DNA of 64,000 nt from Candidatus Latescibacterota bacterium (lineage in GTDB: Bacteria > Latescibacterota > UBA2968 > GCA-2709665), in contig OZ244744.1 of the NCBI GenBank assembly GCA_965219455.1, positions 640,001 to 704,000 of the forward strand. The letters run 5' to 3'. Of the stretch, positions 29,219-38,573 are shown piece after piece. Under the pieces are notes generated by a model. That model was given only the letters and a program-made list of their open reading frames with translations, searched no databases and was not told where the DNA came from. The stretch's first letter is position 1. Every line of letters begins with the position of its first letter. The position numbers and the translations under genes are program-made.

Positions 29219-30607
29219 TCAATCCACAATACCGCAGGCCGCGGCCGACAGTTCGTCGTAGTAGTGCACGTAGGTTACTCCGTCGACGACCAGGCGGGCG
29301 GCATGGGGCAGGTCCTCTTCCCAGGTCATCGCCTCGCCCCAATTGTGCGGAGGGGCATCGCGCTTGCCCCAGCGGTTGCCGTTGTAACGGCGGTACAGCA
29401 CCGTGCGTCCCGCCCGGGTGATATAGGCTTCGATTACTTGTCCGCGCTCGGTGGCCTCTTTCTGGTTTCCGATGATTTCGAAGACGCGCAAGCAGGTGAA
29501 ATGCCGCCGGCCGATCTGCACGTCGAACACCCCGGCCCCGGTGATTTGGGCGGCTCCTGCCTGTGTGGCGAAGGCGCCGTCGCCTAGGGGCCGAAGGCCG
29601 CCGCGGTCCTCGACCAGCCGCGGCGTGCTGTCCCAATCCACGTAAAACCCTTCGTCGAGAAACGTCTCCAGTTCCCGTGTTCCGTCGGGGCGCAGCGATT
29701 CCACGGCGATCCACTCCACCTCGTCGTCGGCCAGATGCCCCCAGACTCGGCTCTTCTGTGCGCGGGAAGGCTTTGCGCCAATCATCTCCTCCTCCACTTC
29801 CACCTCGACACAGGGCCGTCCATGGATCACCGCCGGACGGCGTGCGGTCATCCGGACGGTTTCGGAGAGCTTCCAAGGCGCGCCGCCTTCTGTCGGCGGC
29901 TCATACAAACCCCAGGCTGCACTGTCACCCACCTCGGGCTGGATGAACCACCAGGCCATTTCCTTGAAATCGATACGGAACGGCTTCTCGTTGCTCGCCC
30001 GAATGCGTAATTCGGGCATCTGCGTCGGAAAGGCTTGTTTTGGTGTATCCATTTCGGTTCTCCTTTTCGTCGGGGTGATTCCCAGTACGTTCCGGATTCG
30101 GTCGCGGCCGTAAGAGAGGCGGCGCTTGACCGTGCCGTCGGGACAGCGGTGTCGGGCAGCGATTTCGGCAATGCTCAAACCATCGAGGTAAAACGCCCGC
30201 AACGCGGCCCGTTCACGCTCGGGCACATCGTCCATGGCCTTTACGACGGCGTTTGCGGCTTCGCGACGTCGGAATTGCGCGATGCCAAGGCGGTTGACCA
30301 GGGGCGCCAGGGCTTCGCTCCCGACGTACAGCTCCCGGCGCTGGGGCGACCGGAAGTAATCGCGGCAGCGGTTACGTGCCACCTGCAGCAACCATGGACG
30401 CATGTCGCGGGGAGTATCGCGGCGCAGGCCGCGCCAGGCGTGGACCAGGGTTTCCTGCAACACGTCCTGCACCTGTTCGCCGGAACCGATCCGGGAGCGG
30501 ATCAGCCCCGCCATGACGCGCTCGTAGCGTCGGATAAGGGTAACAAATGCGGCCTCGTTGCCCTCCCGCACCAGCTTCGCCAATTGTTGGTCGCCTTGAT
30601 TGGTCAT
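29219..30607 (-). CDS. ECF sigma-70 factor with ~280-aa C-terminal extension
   Basis: Region 2 (QDVLQET...WLLQVARNRCRD) and region 4 (LSIAEIA...GTVKRRLSYGR). Confidence 0.88.
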   Translation of the reverse strand: MTNQGDQQLAKLVREGNEAAFVTLIRRYERVMAGLIRSRIGSGEQVQDVLQETLVHAWRGLRRDTPRDMRPWLLQVARNRCRDYFRSPQRRELYVGSEALAPLVNRLGIAQFRRREAANAVVKAMDDVPERERAALRAFYLDGLSIAEIAARHRCPDGTVKRRLSYGRDRIRNVLGITPTKRRTEMDTPKQAFPTQMPELRIRASNEKPFRIDFKEMAWWFIQPEVGDSAAWGLYEPPTEGGAPWKLSETVRMTARRPAVIHGRPCVEVEVEEEMIGAKPSRAQKSRVWGHLADDEVEWIAVESLRPDGTRELETFLDEGFYVDWDSTPRLVEDRGGLRPLGDGAFATQAGAAQITGAGVFDVQIGRRHFTCLRVFEIIGNQKEATERGQVIEAYITRAGRTVLYRRYNGNRWGKRDAPPHNWGEAMTWEEDLPHAARLVVDGVTYVHYYDELSAAACGIVD

Positions 30608-30648
30608 TCGAAAACCGCTGTATTATGTGCTGCACACTTCAAACGCAG

Positions 30649-31470
30649 TCACTCGCATGCCTCCGAGCGAGCAGGTTGGAGAGCAGATTCCGTGATTGTG
30701 TCATGAGCCCGCCCGGAGCAGTCATGATGCACGTACACCGTGTCGTTGATGACGATTCGGCGATTGTCCGGATACTTGACGACCAGGTCATCTTTGCGGA
30801 AAAACCTCCCATCGTATCGTCTAAAGAATACGGTCCGCCCTCCGCGTTCAATGAAGGCTTCTACAAGTTCGCCGCCATTAGGTTCAGAAAGGTCGGCGTC
30901 CAAAACGCGGAGACAACAGAAAGTATTACCGCCGATCATTACATCGTAGGTCCCCTCAACTATCCCTGTACCATTGGCAGTTTTATACGAGCCATCGGGT
31001 TGGCGTCGGTAGCGACCATCATCAACGATTCGACGGCTCATCTTTCCCCCCCAGTTCTCCTCAAACCATTTGTCACCCTCGGTTTCGAAAACCCGTCTTC
31101 CATCCAGTGTCTTGACGACGGAAAGCCACCTGGCCTGCTTTTCGTCCAGCAGTGCGTACATGAGCCCAGGGTTAAAATCCGTCGGCCAATCGTCCCGAGA
31201 CGACCATTCTCTCAATCGGAGTTCGACGCAGTCGACGTCCCGGATCTTTGCAGGCGCAGTGGACACGATCTCCTTTACCCCGGTTAACTCCAACGTGTCG
31301 GATTCATAGGATGCCCAAGAGCATCGTTCCCCCAGTCTCGGGATGGCGAACCACCACTGCAACTCCGGGCAATCGATCTCGTCTATCTTCTCAGAACTCT
31401 TGAGTATTGTAATATCGGGCCTTGTAAGGGGAAACGGATGATTTGCTATCGGATCGTTTTCGAGTATCAT
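30649..31470 (-). CDS. Hypothetical protein paralogous to the C-terminal extension of the adjacent sigma factor
   Basis: Collinear shared motifs WWF..P..G....W..YE, CLRV, EA.I.R.GRTV..RRY.G, YVH. Confidence 0.8.
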   Translation of the reverse strand: MILENDPIANHPFPLTRPDITILKSSEKIDEIDCPELQWWFAIPRLGERCSWASYESDTLELTGVKEIVSTAPAKIRDVDCVELRLREWSSRDDWPTDFNPGLMYALLDEKQARWLSVVKTLDGRRVFETEGDKWFEENWGGKMSRRIVDDGRYRRQPDGSYKTANGTGIVEGTYDVMIGGNTFCCLRVLDADLSEPNGGELVEAFIERGGRTVFFRRYDGRFFRKDDLVVKYPDNRRIVINDTVYVHHDCSGRAHDTITESALQPARSEACE

Positions 31471-31677
31471 TGAGTTCTCCCCCAGATAACTTGGCGAAAC
31501 ATCAAGTCACTTCACAAGTTGCGAGATTTGTATCTGTGGCATGGCACATAACGTCCATTCGATCGCCTTTCCTCTACCCTGCAAGGCGCACGCCGACGGA
31601 TAAAGGTTCACATTTAAGGACAGATTTCCGACATTACGCGTACTTTGGGAAAGTCGGTGTGTGCCTCGAAGCCGGTC

Positions 31678-31872
31678 ACCCCGTTCGACGATTTCGACAG
31701 GCTGTCCAATACGGCGGATTCCCGTATCACGGAACAACAAAAACGCAACCGTCAGCTACTGAAGACGTTGATGGAAGAGAACGGTTTTGTAAATTGCGAC
31801 AAGGAATGGTGGCACTACACGCTTTTAATTTAACCCAATCCGGATACGTGCTTCAATTTCCGGTTAAAGTGA
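31678..31872 (+). pseudogene. D-Ala-D-Ala dipeptidase (VanX/DdpX, M15) C-terminal relic
   Basis: TPFDDF...LLKTLMEENGFVNCDKEWWHYTL, an in-frame TAA, then PNPDTCFNF; N-terminal part is missing. Confidence 0.75.
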
Positions 31873-31983
31873 AAGAATGAGGGAATTCCGTTTACACTTC
31901 GAGCGGGTCGACAGGCGGGACTTGCGCTTCTTCGATGGAAGACCTCGCTGACGTTCGATCGGATTTAACGGAGGAACATCGTC

Positions 31984-32508
31984 ATGGAAAACGTTGCAGG
32001 AAACGCCGCTGGTGGTCAAACGGAAGCTCCGAACCGCCGCTCGTGGGACTACTGGAAGATGCCGGTATGGTTCGGCCTGGGACTATGCATTCTTCAGGTG
32101 CTGATCGCCGCAATTCGCTTCGGTACGATGGATGACGCGAACCCATATGGGTTGCTCGTTGCGATTCCGAGCATCCTTTCCGGACTGGTCCTGTTCTTCA
32201 TCGCCGGTACCCTGATCGGATTGCTGGCGCAACGCCTGTTGAGGGGCGTTGGCGGAACCCCGCGCATTTTGTTACTGGTTGGATTGGCGGTGGCGACCCC
32301 GCTTGCGGTACTGTTCAGTCTGGTAGGCGGATTGCTCGGGCCTCATATGGTGGTCATCTACGCCCTCGCTCCATTTCTGGTCCTGGTCGGAATTCCGATG
32401 CTGATCCGCGCGATCTGGCTCCGTTTACGCAGTGCCGAGACCCCCGGGGCGGATTCTGAGGCTGGACCGGATGAAGATGGCGCCGGCTACACCAGACGTC
32501 CCGATTGA
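31984..32508 (+). CDS. Hypothetical integral membrane protein
   Basis: GGAGG RBS, about four hydrophobic segments. Confidence 0.7.
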   Translation: MENVAGNAAGGQTEAPNRRSWDYWKMPVWFGLGLCILQVLIAAIRFGTMDDANPYGLLVAIPSILSGLVLFFIAGTLIGLLAQRLLRGVGGTPRILLLVGLAVATPLAVLFSLVGGLLGPHMVVIYALAPFLVLVGIPMLIRAIWLRLRSAETPGADSEAGPDEDGAGYTRRPD

Positions 32509-32811
32509 TCGACAAATCCGTATCGCCAAAACCCGCGGACCGGGGAATCCCTCGGTCCGCTTTCCATGTACGGCGCGACTGAAACCCAAAACGCGCCGTG
32601 AACCGGTATATCCGGCACGGCGCGCAGCGGAATCCCGGGGAGCCGGGTGGTGGCGCTTTCCACCGCCACCACGCCCGGGTATCAGCCCTCGGGATCGTCG
32701 TAGAAGCGCTTCAGGCGATGTCAAATGAAGATTGACCGTCGCGGCAGACAAATTTCCGGGCGCGATCCACAAGGGATTGGCCCGGTTTGTTTACTTCGAA
32801 GATTTTGACCG

Positions 32812-33207
32812 TCATTGCTCCCGTCTCGGCTTCTCGGCCATCAGGGCCATAAGATTCATCTCGGAGTCCCGGAAGAAGGCCATCCAGAGTTCATGGTCGG
32901 GCATATCGGCAATCTTGTGAGGTCCACTGTCGAACGTTACTCCCCGAGAACGCAGTACGTCGCACGTGCCTTCCAGGTCCTCCACCTTGTAATAGAGTAT
33001 GGAAGCGTTCACGTCCGACGATTCATCTTCCGAAAGACCGAGCAGGAGCCGGACGCACGAACAATTGAAAAAGGCCATCCTGGGAACGCGGAAGAGGAAT
33101 TGCATACCCAGTTGATCGCGATAGAACTCGACCGCACGGTCGAGATCCTGGACGGTCACCGAAATCTGACCGATGACCGACAGTCCCAAGCTGTTATCCT
33201 GCGACAT
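32812..33207 (-). CDS. VOC family (glyoxalase/bleomycin resistance) protein
   Basis: IGQISVTVQDLDRAVEFYRDQLG...WMAFFRDSEMN; AGGAGG RBS before ATG at 33207. Confidence 0.9.
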   Translation of the reverse strand: MSQDNSLGLSVIGQISVTVQDLDRAVEFYRDQLGMQFLFRVPRMAFFNCSCVRLLLGLSEDESSDVNASILYYKVEDLEGTCDVLRSRGVTFDSGPHKIADMPDHELWMAFFRDSEMNLMALMAEKPRREQ

Positions 33208-33280
33208 GGCGAATCCTCCTTTATTGGGTTGGATGTTTACCCAAATATAAGGACATCCGTCGTCGAACACTTCTTTGAAA

Positions 33281-34216
33281 TCACTTTTTTGTATTGCGAA
33301 ATCCCGTCGGGGAAACTCCGAAACGCCGGCGAAACAGCCAGGAGAACGAACCCGGACTCTCGAATCCGACGGCGAGGGCAACCTCCGTTACGGAGCGATC
33401 CGTATCGGTAAGGAGAATCGCGGCTCGCGCCAGGCGGGTCGATACCAGGAATTGGTGCGGCGTTTGCCCCAGAATCTGCTTGAAAGTCCGCAGAAAGTGA
33501 TTGACGGACAGGCACGCAACGCCAGCCATGTCGTCTAACGAAATGGACTCCGCGTAAGCGAAGCAGATAAAATCCCGAGCCCTATGGATTCGCTTGTAAA
33601 GCTCTGTTCGAGTTGAAGCCCGAATTGCCTCCACCGCCTGGACTTCCTGATCCACCCGACCCTGCACCCGCAGCAGTCTCTCCATGATTACGTGCATCTG
33701 CTCATCGAGCCACCCGGATTCCTGCCGACGCCGGGGATACGACGCTTCAAGACTGTTCAACGCGGGCGTGAGGATATCGTCATGAGGACGTGTCACCTGG
33801 AAAAATTCCACATGTGGCGGGACACCGTCCGGGTCATCAACAAGCGTACGTGCATCCACGTTTCGGGTGCGCAGGACTTCCTCAGCGAACCCATCGCGAA
33901 AGAAGATGCAAAATGCGTCTACCACGCGCGCGGAATCAATACCAATCGTATATTCCTGATCACGGTTCAACACGAGGTATGATCGTTCATCCACCTGAAT
34001 GTCGTGGCCGTCCACTCGGTAGTTCGCGGCCCCATTCCGGAACGACTTGAGGGAGAGCAACCCTCGGCCTTGCCAGTGATAATTCGCCGCGGAAGCCTGT
34101 AGCACATGATTGGAATCGGGTGACAAATCAGCCGTCTCCGGTCTGTGCAGAATACCCTGACATTCCAACGATATCGGACCGATAACCGAAAGGCCGAAGC
34201 TGGTGTCCTGCGTCAA
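33281..34216 (-). CDS. AraC family transcriptional regulator
   Basis: C-terminal double HTH (SLDDMAGVACLS...VGFESPGSFSWLFRRRFGVSP). Confidence 0.9.
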   Translation of the reverse strand: MTQDTSFGLSVIGPISLECQGILHRPETADLSPDSNHVLQASAANYHWQGRGLLSLKSFRNGAANYRVDGHDIQVDERSYLVLNRDQEYTIGIDSARVVDAFCIFFRDGFAEEVLRTRNVDARTLVDDPDGVPPHVEFFQVTRPHDDILTPALNSLEASYPRRRQESGWLDEQMHVIMERLLRVQGRVDQEVQAVEAIRASTRTELYKRIHRARDFICFAYAESISLDDMAGVACLSVNHFLRTFKQILGQTPHQFLVSTRLARAAILLTDTDRSVTEVALAVGFESPGSFSWLFRRRFGVSPTGFRNTKK

Positions 34217-34400
34217 GACGAAACCCCCTTTACGCTAAATATCGACCCAAATCTACAATTTTCGGTTATCGAAAAGGAACATGGAAAACGACCCGTCGGC
34301 CTTATCGATGTCGCATATTGCGACGCGTTCTACCCTGATTACCCCTACACCCGCTACAGAGCATATTCGACATCATTAGGGGCGTTCCGTCCATTTTGGT

Positions 34401-34527
34401 GTAGGGGCGACCGGCCGGTCGCCCCTACAGATCCGATGCAGTGTTGAGTTAGCGAAATCTGCGCCATCACCAGGGCAACCACAAGGGTTGCCCCTACGAA
34501 GCGGGTCGTGGAATGGGGCGCCCCTAT
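34401..34527. repeat. Cluster of GTAG-type REP palindromes
   Basis: GTAGGGGCGACCGGCCGGTCGCCCCTAC (34401-34428) and AGGGCAACCACAAGGGTTGCCCCTAC (34472-34497). Confidence 0.75.
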
Positions 34528-35258
34528 GCGCAACGCGATTTCCTTGCCGCCATTTCCCGGATGAATTCCTGCGAGTCAGGGTTCGTTCTCTCGATCTTTT
34601 CGGATTCGAGCTTTTCCCATACCCTGTCACCTTCGACAAATGCGGCGAACCTGACGCTGGCGGCGCGCAGGATCGGTGATCCGTGTCCGAAGCACATTTT
34701 ATCAAAAGCGTATCTTGCCAACTTCCAAAGGGAACTCCGTGCGCGCGTCAGATCGGCGACGAACTCCGGTGCGTTTATCCAGATTTCACCGTCCGGAACC
34801 CCTCGATCCATTCTTCCTCCACAGACCGCATCACCCACAATGATCGTATTTCCATCTCCCCGCACCAGAAACGCGACCTCCTCGGGATAGTGGGCATCGG
34901 GGATATGGATCACTTCGATCCGGTCCCACAGCAAGTCTCCGTCCTGAAAAGTCTCGTCAATCGGCGCTTCGGAATGTTCCAATCCGTCCGCATGGATACG
35001 AATATCGCAACCCCATCGCTCCCTGAATGCTTCGGATTCCCGCAGGTGGTATTCGCAGGTTAGAAGAATGTGCGCGGGCTCGCCCATGGCTACGACTTCC
35101 CTCTCGTCTTCGGCCGAAAGCGGAAGCGGATCGACGAGAATCAGGTCGCCCCGATGACTCGTCCGGATGACAAAGCTGTTCCACGGATAGGGTTCATTCC
35201 TGGCTGCTCCGTGAATCTCGGACCAGCAATAGACATGAGTGAAAATCTGCGAAAGCAT
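34524..35258 (-). CDS. Metallo-beta-lactamase-fold protein (degenerate motif)
   Basis: ILVDP, LLTCEYHLRES, IVGDAV, FGHG. Confidence 0.65.
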   Translation of the reverse strand: MLSQIFTHVYCWSEIHGAARNEPYPWNSFVIRTSHRGDLILVDPLPLSAEDEREVVAMGEPAHILLTCEYHLRESEAFRERWGCDIRIHADGLEHSEAPIDETFQDGDLLWDRIEVIHIPDAHYPEEVAFLVRGDGNTIIVGDAVCGGRMDRGVPDGEIWINAPEFVADLTRARSSLWKLARYAFDKMCFGHGSPILRAASVRFAAFVEGDRVWEKLESEKIERTNPDSQEFIREMAARKSRCA

Positions 35259-35346
35259 GATATTCGGCTCCAGGTCCGGCTATCAGCTAAGACCGGTTAG
35301 CGTAACGTCCCGGCGATGTCAACCATCGATATCTGTGGCGCGACGC

Positions 35347-35458
35347 GGACAACCACAAGGGTTGCCCCTTAAAATCCAATGACGGCGCTTCGAAGGCTGG
35401 AAGCCCGCGGTCCCGGGACCTCTCCCCCCGGCCCCCTCTCCTAAAGGAAAGGGGGAGA
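35347..35458. repeat. Cluster of degenerate REP-like hairpins
   Basis: GGACAACCACAAGGGTTGCCCCT, AGGCTGGAAGCCCGCGGTCC, CCCCCTCTCCTAAAGGAAAGGGGG. Confidence 0.55.
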
Positions 35459-35703
35459 CAAGCGTTGTCCTGTCACGATGTTGCCGTCCTCAAAATACAC
35501 CGTGCTCGGATACCCGCAGTCCAGATGGTCCGCCGTGTCGCTGAGGATATACTCTCGATTCGCGTCGAAACAAAATGGTTCACTTTAGCGTCGTACCGTA
35601 TGTATTCCGGGCGCCCGGTCCTAACGGCGCAGGACCCGCAGTGCGTAGTCCGATCCGCTCATAGATTGGAAACATCCATTCCCATTCTCAATGGAGGTCT
35701 CCC

Positions 35704-36567
35704 ATGACGGAAGAAAAAATCGCTCCGCAGTTCAGCGGCTGGTTAATGCTGTCCGTATCTCTACTGCTTCTGGCCTTGTCCGTGGCCGTGTTCATACACG
35801 GCGTTACCGGTGGCGGTGCCGTTCCCATTGTCTTGTCGATCCTGCTTCTCCTGATCGTGATCGTCTTCCTCACCGGGTTATTCGCAGTGGAACCGAATCA
35901 GTGCGTCGTTCTCCTGCTTTTCGGCGACTATAAGGGTACCGAGACCACCCAGGGATTTCGATGGACCAATCCGTTCAAGAGTCGGACGAAGGTCTCGCTG
36001 CGCGCCAGGAATTTCGACAGCGAACGGCTCAAGGTGAACGACAGCAGGGGCAACCCCATCGAAATCTCCGCCGTCATCGTCTGGAGAGTGCGGGTCGCCG
36101 TACAGGCTTTGTTCGACGTGGACGACTATGAACAATATATAAAGGTTCAGTCGGAATCGGCAATCAGACATCTCGCAACCAGCTACCCCTACGACCAGGC
36201 TGAGGGCGACGAGATCAGCCTCCGATCTTCGATCACGGAGGTATCGGAATCCCTCGGCGCGGAGATCCAGCAGCGCGTCCAGGACGCGGGCGTCCGGATC
36301 GAGGAAGCCAGGATCAACCACCTGGCCTATGCCCCGGAAATCGCCAGCGCCATGTTGCAGCGCCAGCAGGCCGAAGCGGTCATTTCGGCGCGAGCGAAAA
36401 TCGTCGACGGCGCCGTCGGGATGGTGGAAATGGCCGTCAAGCGACTCAGGGACGAGGACGTCATCAGGCTCACGGATGAACAGAGGGCGAAGATGGTCAG
36501 CAACCTGCTCGTGGTCCTCTGCTCGCACGAATCGACGCAGCCCGTGGTCAGCGCCGGATCGCAATAG
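35704..36567 (+). CDS. SPFH/band 7 domain membrane protein
   Basis: Two TM helices, KVNDSRGNPIEI, HLAYAPEIA.AMLQRQQA. Confidence 0.9.
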   Translation: MTEEKIAPQFSGWLMLSVSLLLLALSVAVFIHGVTGGGAVPIVLSILLLLIVIVFLTGLFAVEPNQCVVLLLFGDYKGTETTQGFRWTNPFKSRTKVSLRARNFDSERLKVNDSRGNPIEISAVIVWRVRVAVQALFDVDDYEQYIKVQSESAIRHLATSYPYDQAEGDEISLRSSITEVSESLGAEIQQRVQDAGVRIEEARINHLAYAPEIASAMLQRQQAEAVISARAKIVDGAVGMVEMAVKRLRDEDVIRLTDEQRAKMVSNLLVVLCSHESTQPVVSAGSQ

Positions 36568-36631
36568 CGTCAGCCGATGGTCACCAAGCGCACGAATAGG
36601 ATTCCGGCGCGGCCACTTTTGCGTTTCCTCT

Positions 36632-37378
36632 TCAGGAATCTCCCGGCGGCGTAAAAGCCAGCAGGATCGTGTCGGCGAATATCCGCCACACCACGGCAAC
36701 GTCGTCGAACCCCGCCCCCGTCATCGCGTGGATGAGGTCTTCCGCGCGGTGTTCGTACTCAACGTCCTTCCCGGCAGCCTTCATCCTTCGTTTGTACTCG
36801 CGCCTGGCGTCGATTTCCTCCCGGGTCACCGTCCCCGATTCAATCGCGTACCTAATGTGACGCTCGCGGTATCGCGACAATTGCAAGCGGACCTCCGCTC
36901 CCCAACCGGGGCCGATCGACATCGTGTCGTAGAGGATGAAACAACCGTTCGGCCGAAGCGCGCCCGCGATCCGCGCAAATAGCGCGGACAAATCGCCGGG
37001 ATGTACGTGGTGAACGGTTTTCCCCGAGAAAACCACGTCGCACGACGGCACCGCGCAACCGGTGATGTCCGCTTCCCTCACCTCGATCCTTCCCGAATAC
37101 GTCGCCAATTTTCGCTTCGCGAGCCGGAGCATCTCGGGTTCGCTGTCTATGCACGTGCCCGTGGCCCGGCGAAAACGTTCCAGCACACGCGCCGTCGGCT
37201 CCGCCGTGCCGCAGCCGAGATCCACAAACTCGAATGGTTCGCCCGGTTCGAAGGGAATCAGATCGACGATCGTCTCCAGGCCCCTCGCGTACGGAGGACT
37301 AAGGACCGGCTGGACCCGATCGTACGATTCCGCGACGTTCGCGAAATAACTGAAATATTCGGACGAAGAATCGCTCAT
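36632..37378 (-). CDS. Class I SAM-dependent methyltransferase
   Basis: VDLGCGTA motif I, LRPNG; start at 37378. Confidence 0.85.
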   Translation of the reverse strand: MSDSSSEYFSYFANVAESYDRVQPVLSPPYARGLETIVDLIPFEPGEPFEFVDLGCGTAEPTARVLERFRRATGTCIDSEPEMLRLAKRKLATYSGRIEVREADITGCAVPSCDVVFSGKTVHHVHPGDLSALFARIAGALRPNGCFILYDTMSIGPGWGAEVRLQLSRYRERHIRYAIESGTVTREEIDARREYKRRMKAAGKDVEYEHRAEDLIHAMTGAGFDDVAVVWRIFADTILLAFTPPGDS

Positions 37379-37498
37379 GTTCAATCCTCGACCTGATATC
37401 CTTCCAGGATGCCGTGATGCTCCGACAGCCCGTTCCTCGATTGACGCCACTCGTATACAAATTAGCCTGAGACGATTCGATCGCCGCGACCAGGTTGA

Positions 37499-37948
37499 CT
37501 AACCGCCAACAATCGACACGCCGTGTGCCTCCGCAATGCGGCTGATTTTTGAGACGAACTCGTGCTTTATCGTCTGATTTGCGCGATGACTCATTTCGCC
37601 GAATTTCACAGTCGCGCCCTTTCCTCTGCTAACCCGGATTTCCATCCTTGTCGACTCGAAGCGGATTTCGGAAATCGATGCCCAGGGTATTCTGCGGTTC
37701 CTGAAGAGACCTCTGCAGATTTCCAGGCGCCCCTCATGAATCACGATCATGTGTCTGTTGATTCGGCTGTAAAACAAACCCCATAACAGCCACATTGGAC
37801 CGAGGGCCAAATTCAGGAATCCGAAATAGTCATTTCCAGCGCTGAGAAAGAAAATACCGCCAATGATGTGTAAGACTCCAAGCGTAACCGGAAGGACTCT
37901 GAATTGACGGGGCGCCTGGACGGTAAGGTCGATTGTCCGCTTGTCCAT
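37499..37948 (-). CDS. Hypothetical membrane protein (two TM helices plus bPH-like domain)
   Basis: Hydrophobic N-terminus, IPWASISEI; GAGAGG RBS before ATG at 37948. Confidence 0.65.
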   Translation of the reverse strand: MDKRTIDLTVQAPRQFRVLPVTLGVLHIIGGIFFLSAGNDYFGFLNLALGPMWLLWGLFYSRINRHMIVIHEGRLEICRGLFRNRRIPWASISEIRFESTRMEIRVSRGKGATVKFGEMSHRANQTIKHEFVSKISRIAEAHGVSIVGG

Positions 37949-38046
37949 GGTTGCAGGTGTCCTCTCTTGACTGCGCACAGAATGATAGAGCGGGCTTTCA
38001 TCGGGCCGTATCCCGAGGCGATCATCCGGCGGGAGGCCCTGGACGG

Positions 38047-38484
38047 TCATTCCCAGCCGAAACTGTCGTAAAACTTACCATTCAGATAGTTTTCAAAGCC
38101 CCGCCGGACGTAAGGCACCATATTGGCCGGCAGATCGTGAATGGAATACCAGGACAGGTCGTCGCACCTGTGAGGCTCGGCGTTGACAGTGTCGCCGCTC
38201 CACCTGGAGGCGGCAAGGAAGAACGCCACCCGCTCGTCCTCGTCCTTACGGTGAATCACCCCGACCACTTCGATGTCAGAGCTCTCGATGTGGATTCCCG
38301 CCTCTTCCCGGGCTTCCCGTATGGCCGCCGCCCTGACCTCCTCGTTGCCGTCGATGTGCCCCGCGATCACGCTGTACTTCCCATCTTCATACCCCGTATT
38401 GAACCGTCGCAATAGCAGCACTTCGTCGTCGCCGTTCATCAGGAAGACATGCGCTTCCGGAATCAGTTTGAATTTCTTAGACAT
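38047..38484 (-). CDS. NUDIX hydrolase
   Basis: Nudix box GHIDGNEEVRAAAIREAREEAGI. Confidence 0.92.
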   Translation of the reverse strand: MSKKFKLIPEAHVFLMNGDDEVLLLRRFNTGYEDGKYSVIAGHIDGNEEVRAAAIREAREEAGIHIESSDIEVVGVIHRKDEDERVAFFLAASRWSGDTVNAEPHRCDDLSWYSIHDLPANMVPYVRRGFENYLNGKFYDSFGWE

Positions 38485-38573
38485 CTGTCACCTTGTTTTA
38501 GGAAGTTAGCGCGCGGAAAGTGAATTCGGACGCCGGCCGAGGATCGCCATAATGCGTCGGAATCCGACGGTCC

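Noticed and set aside
32520-32800. Series of GC-rich hairpins as a structured ncRNA
   Set aside because: They lie between convergent genes, are adequately explained as terminators or repeat relics, and show no known RNA motif
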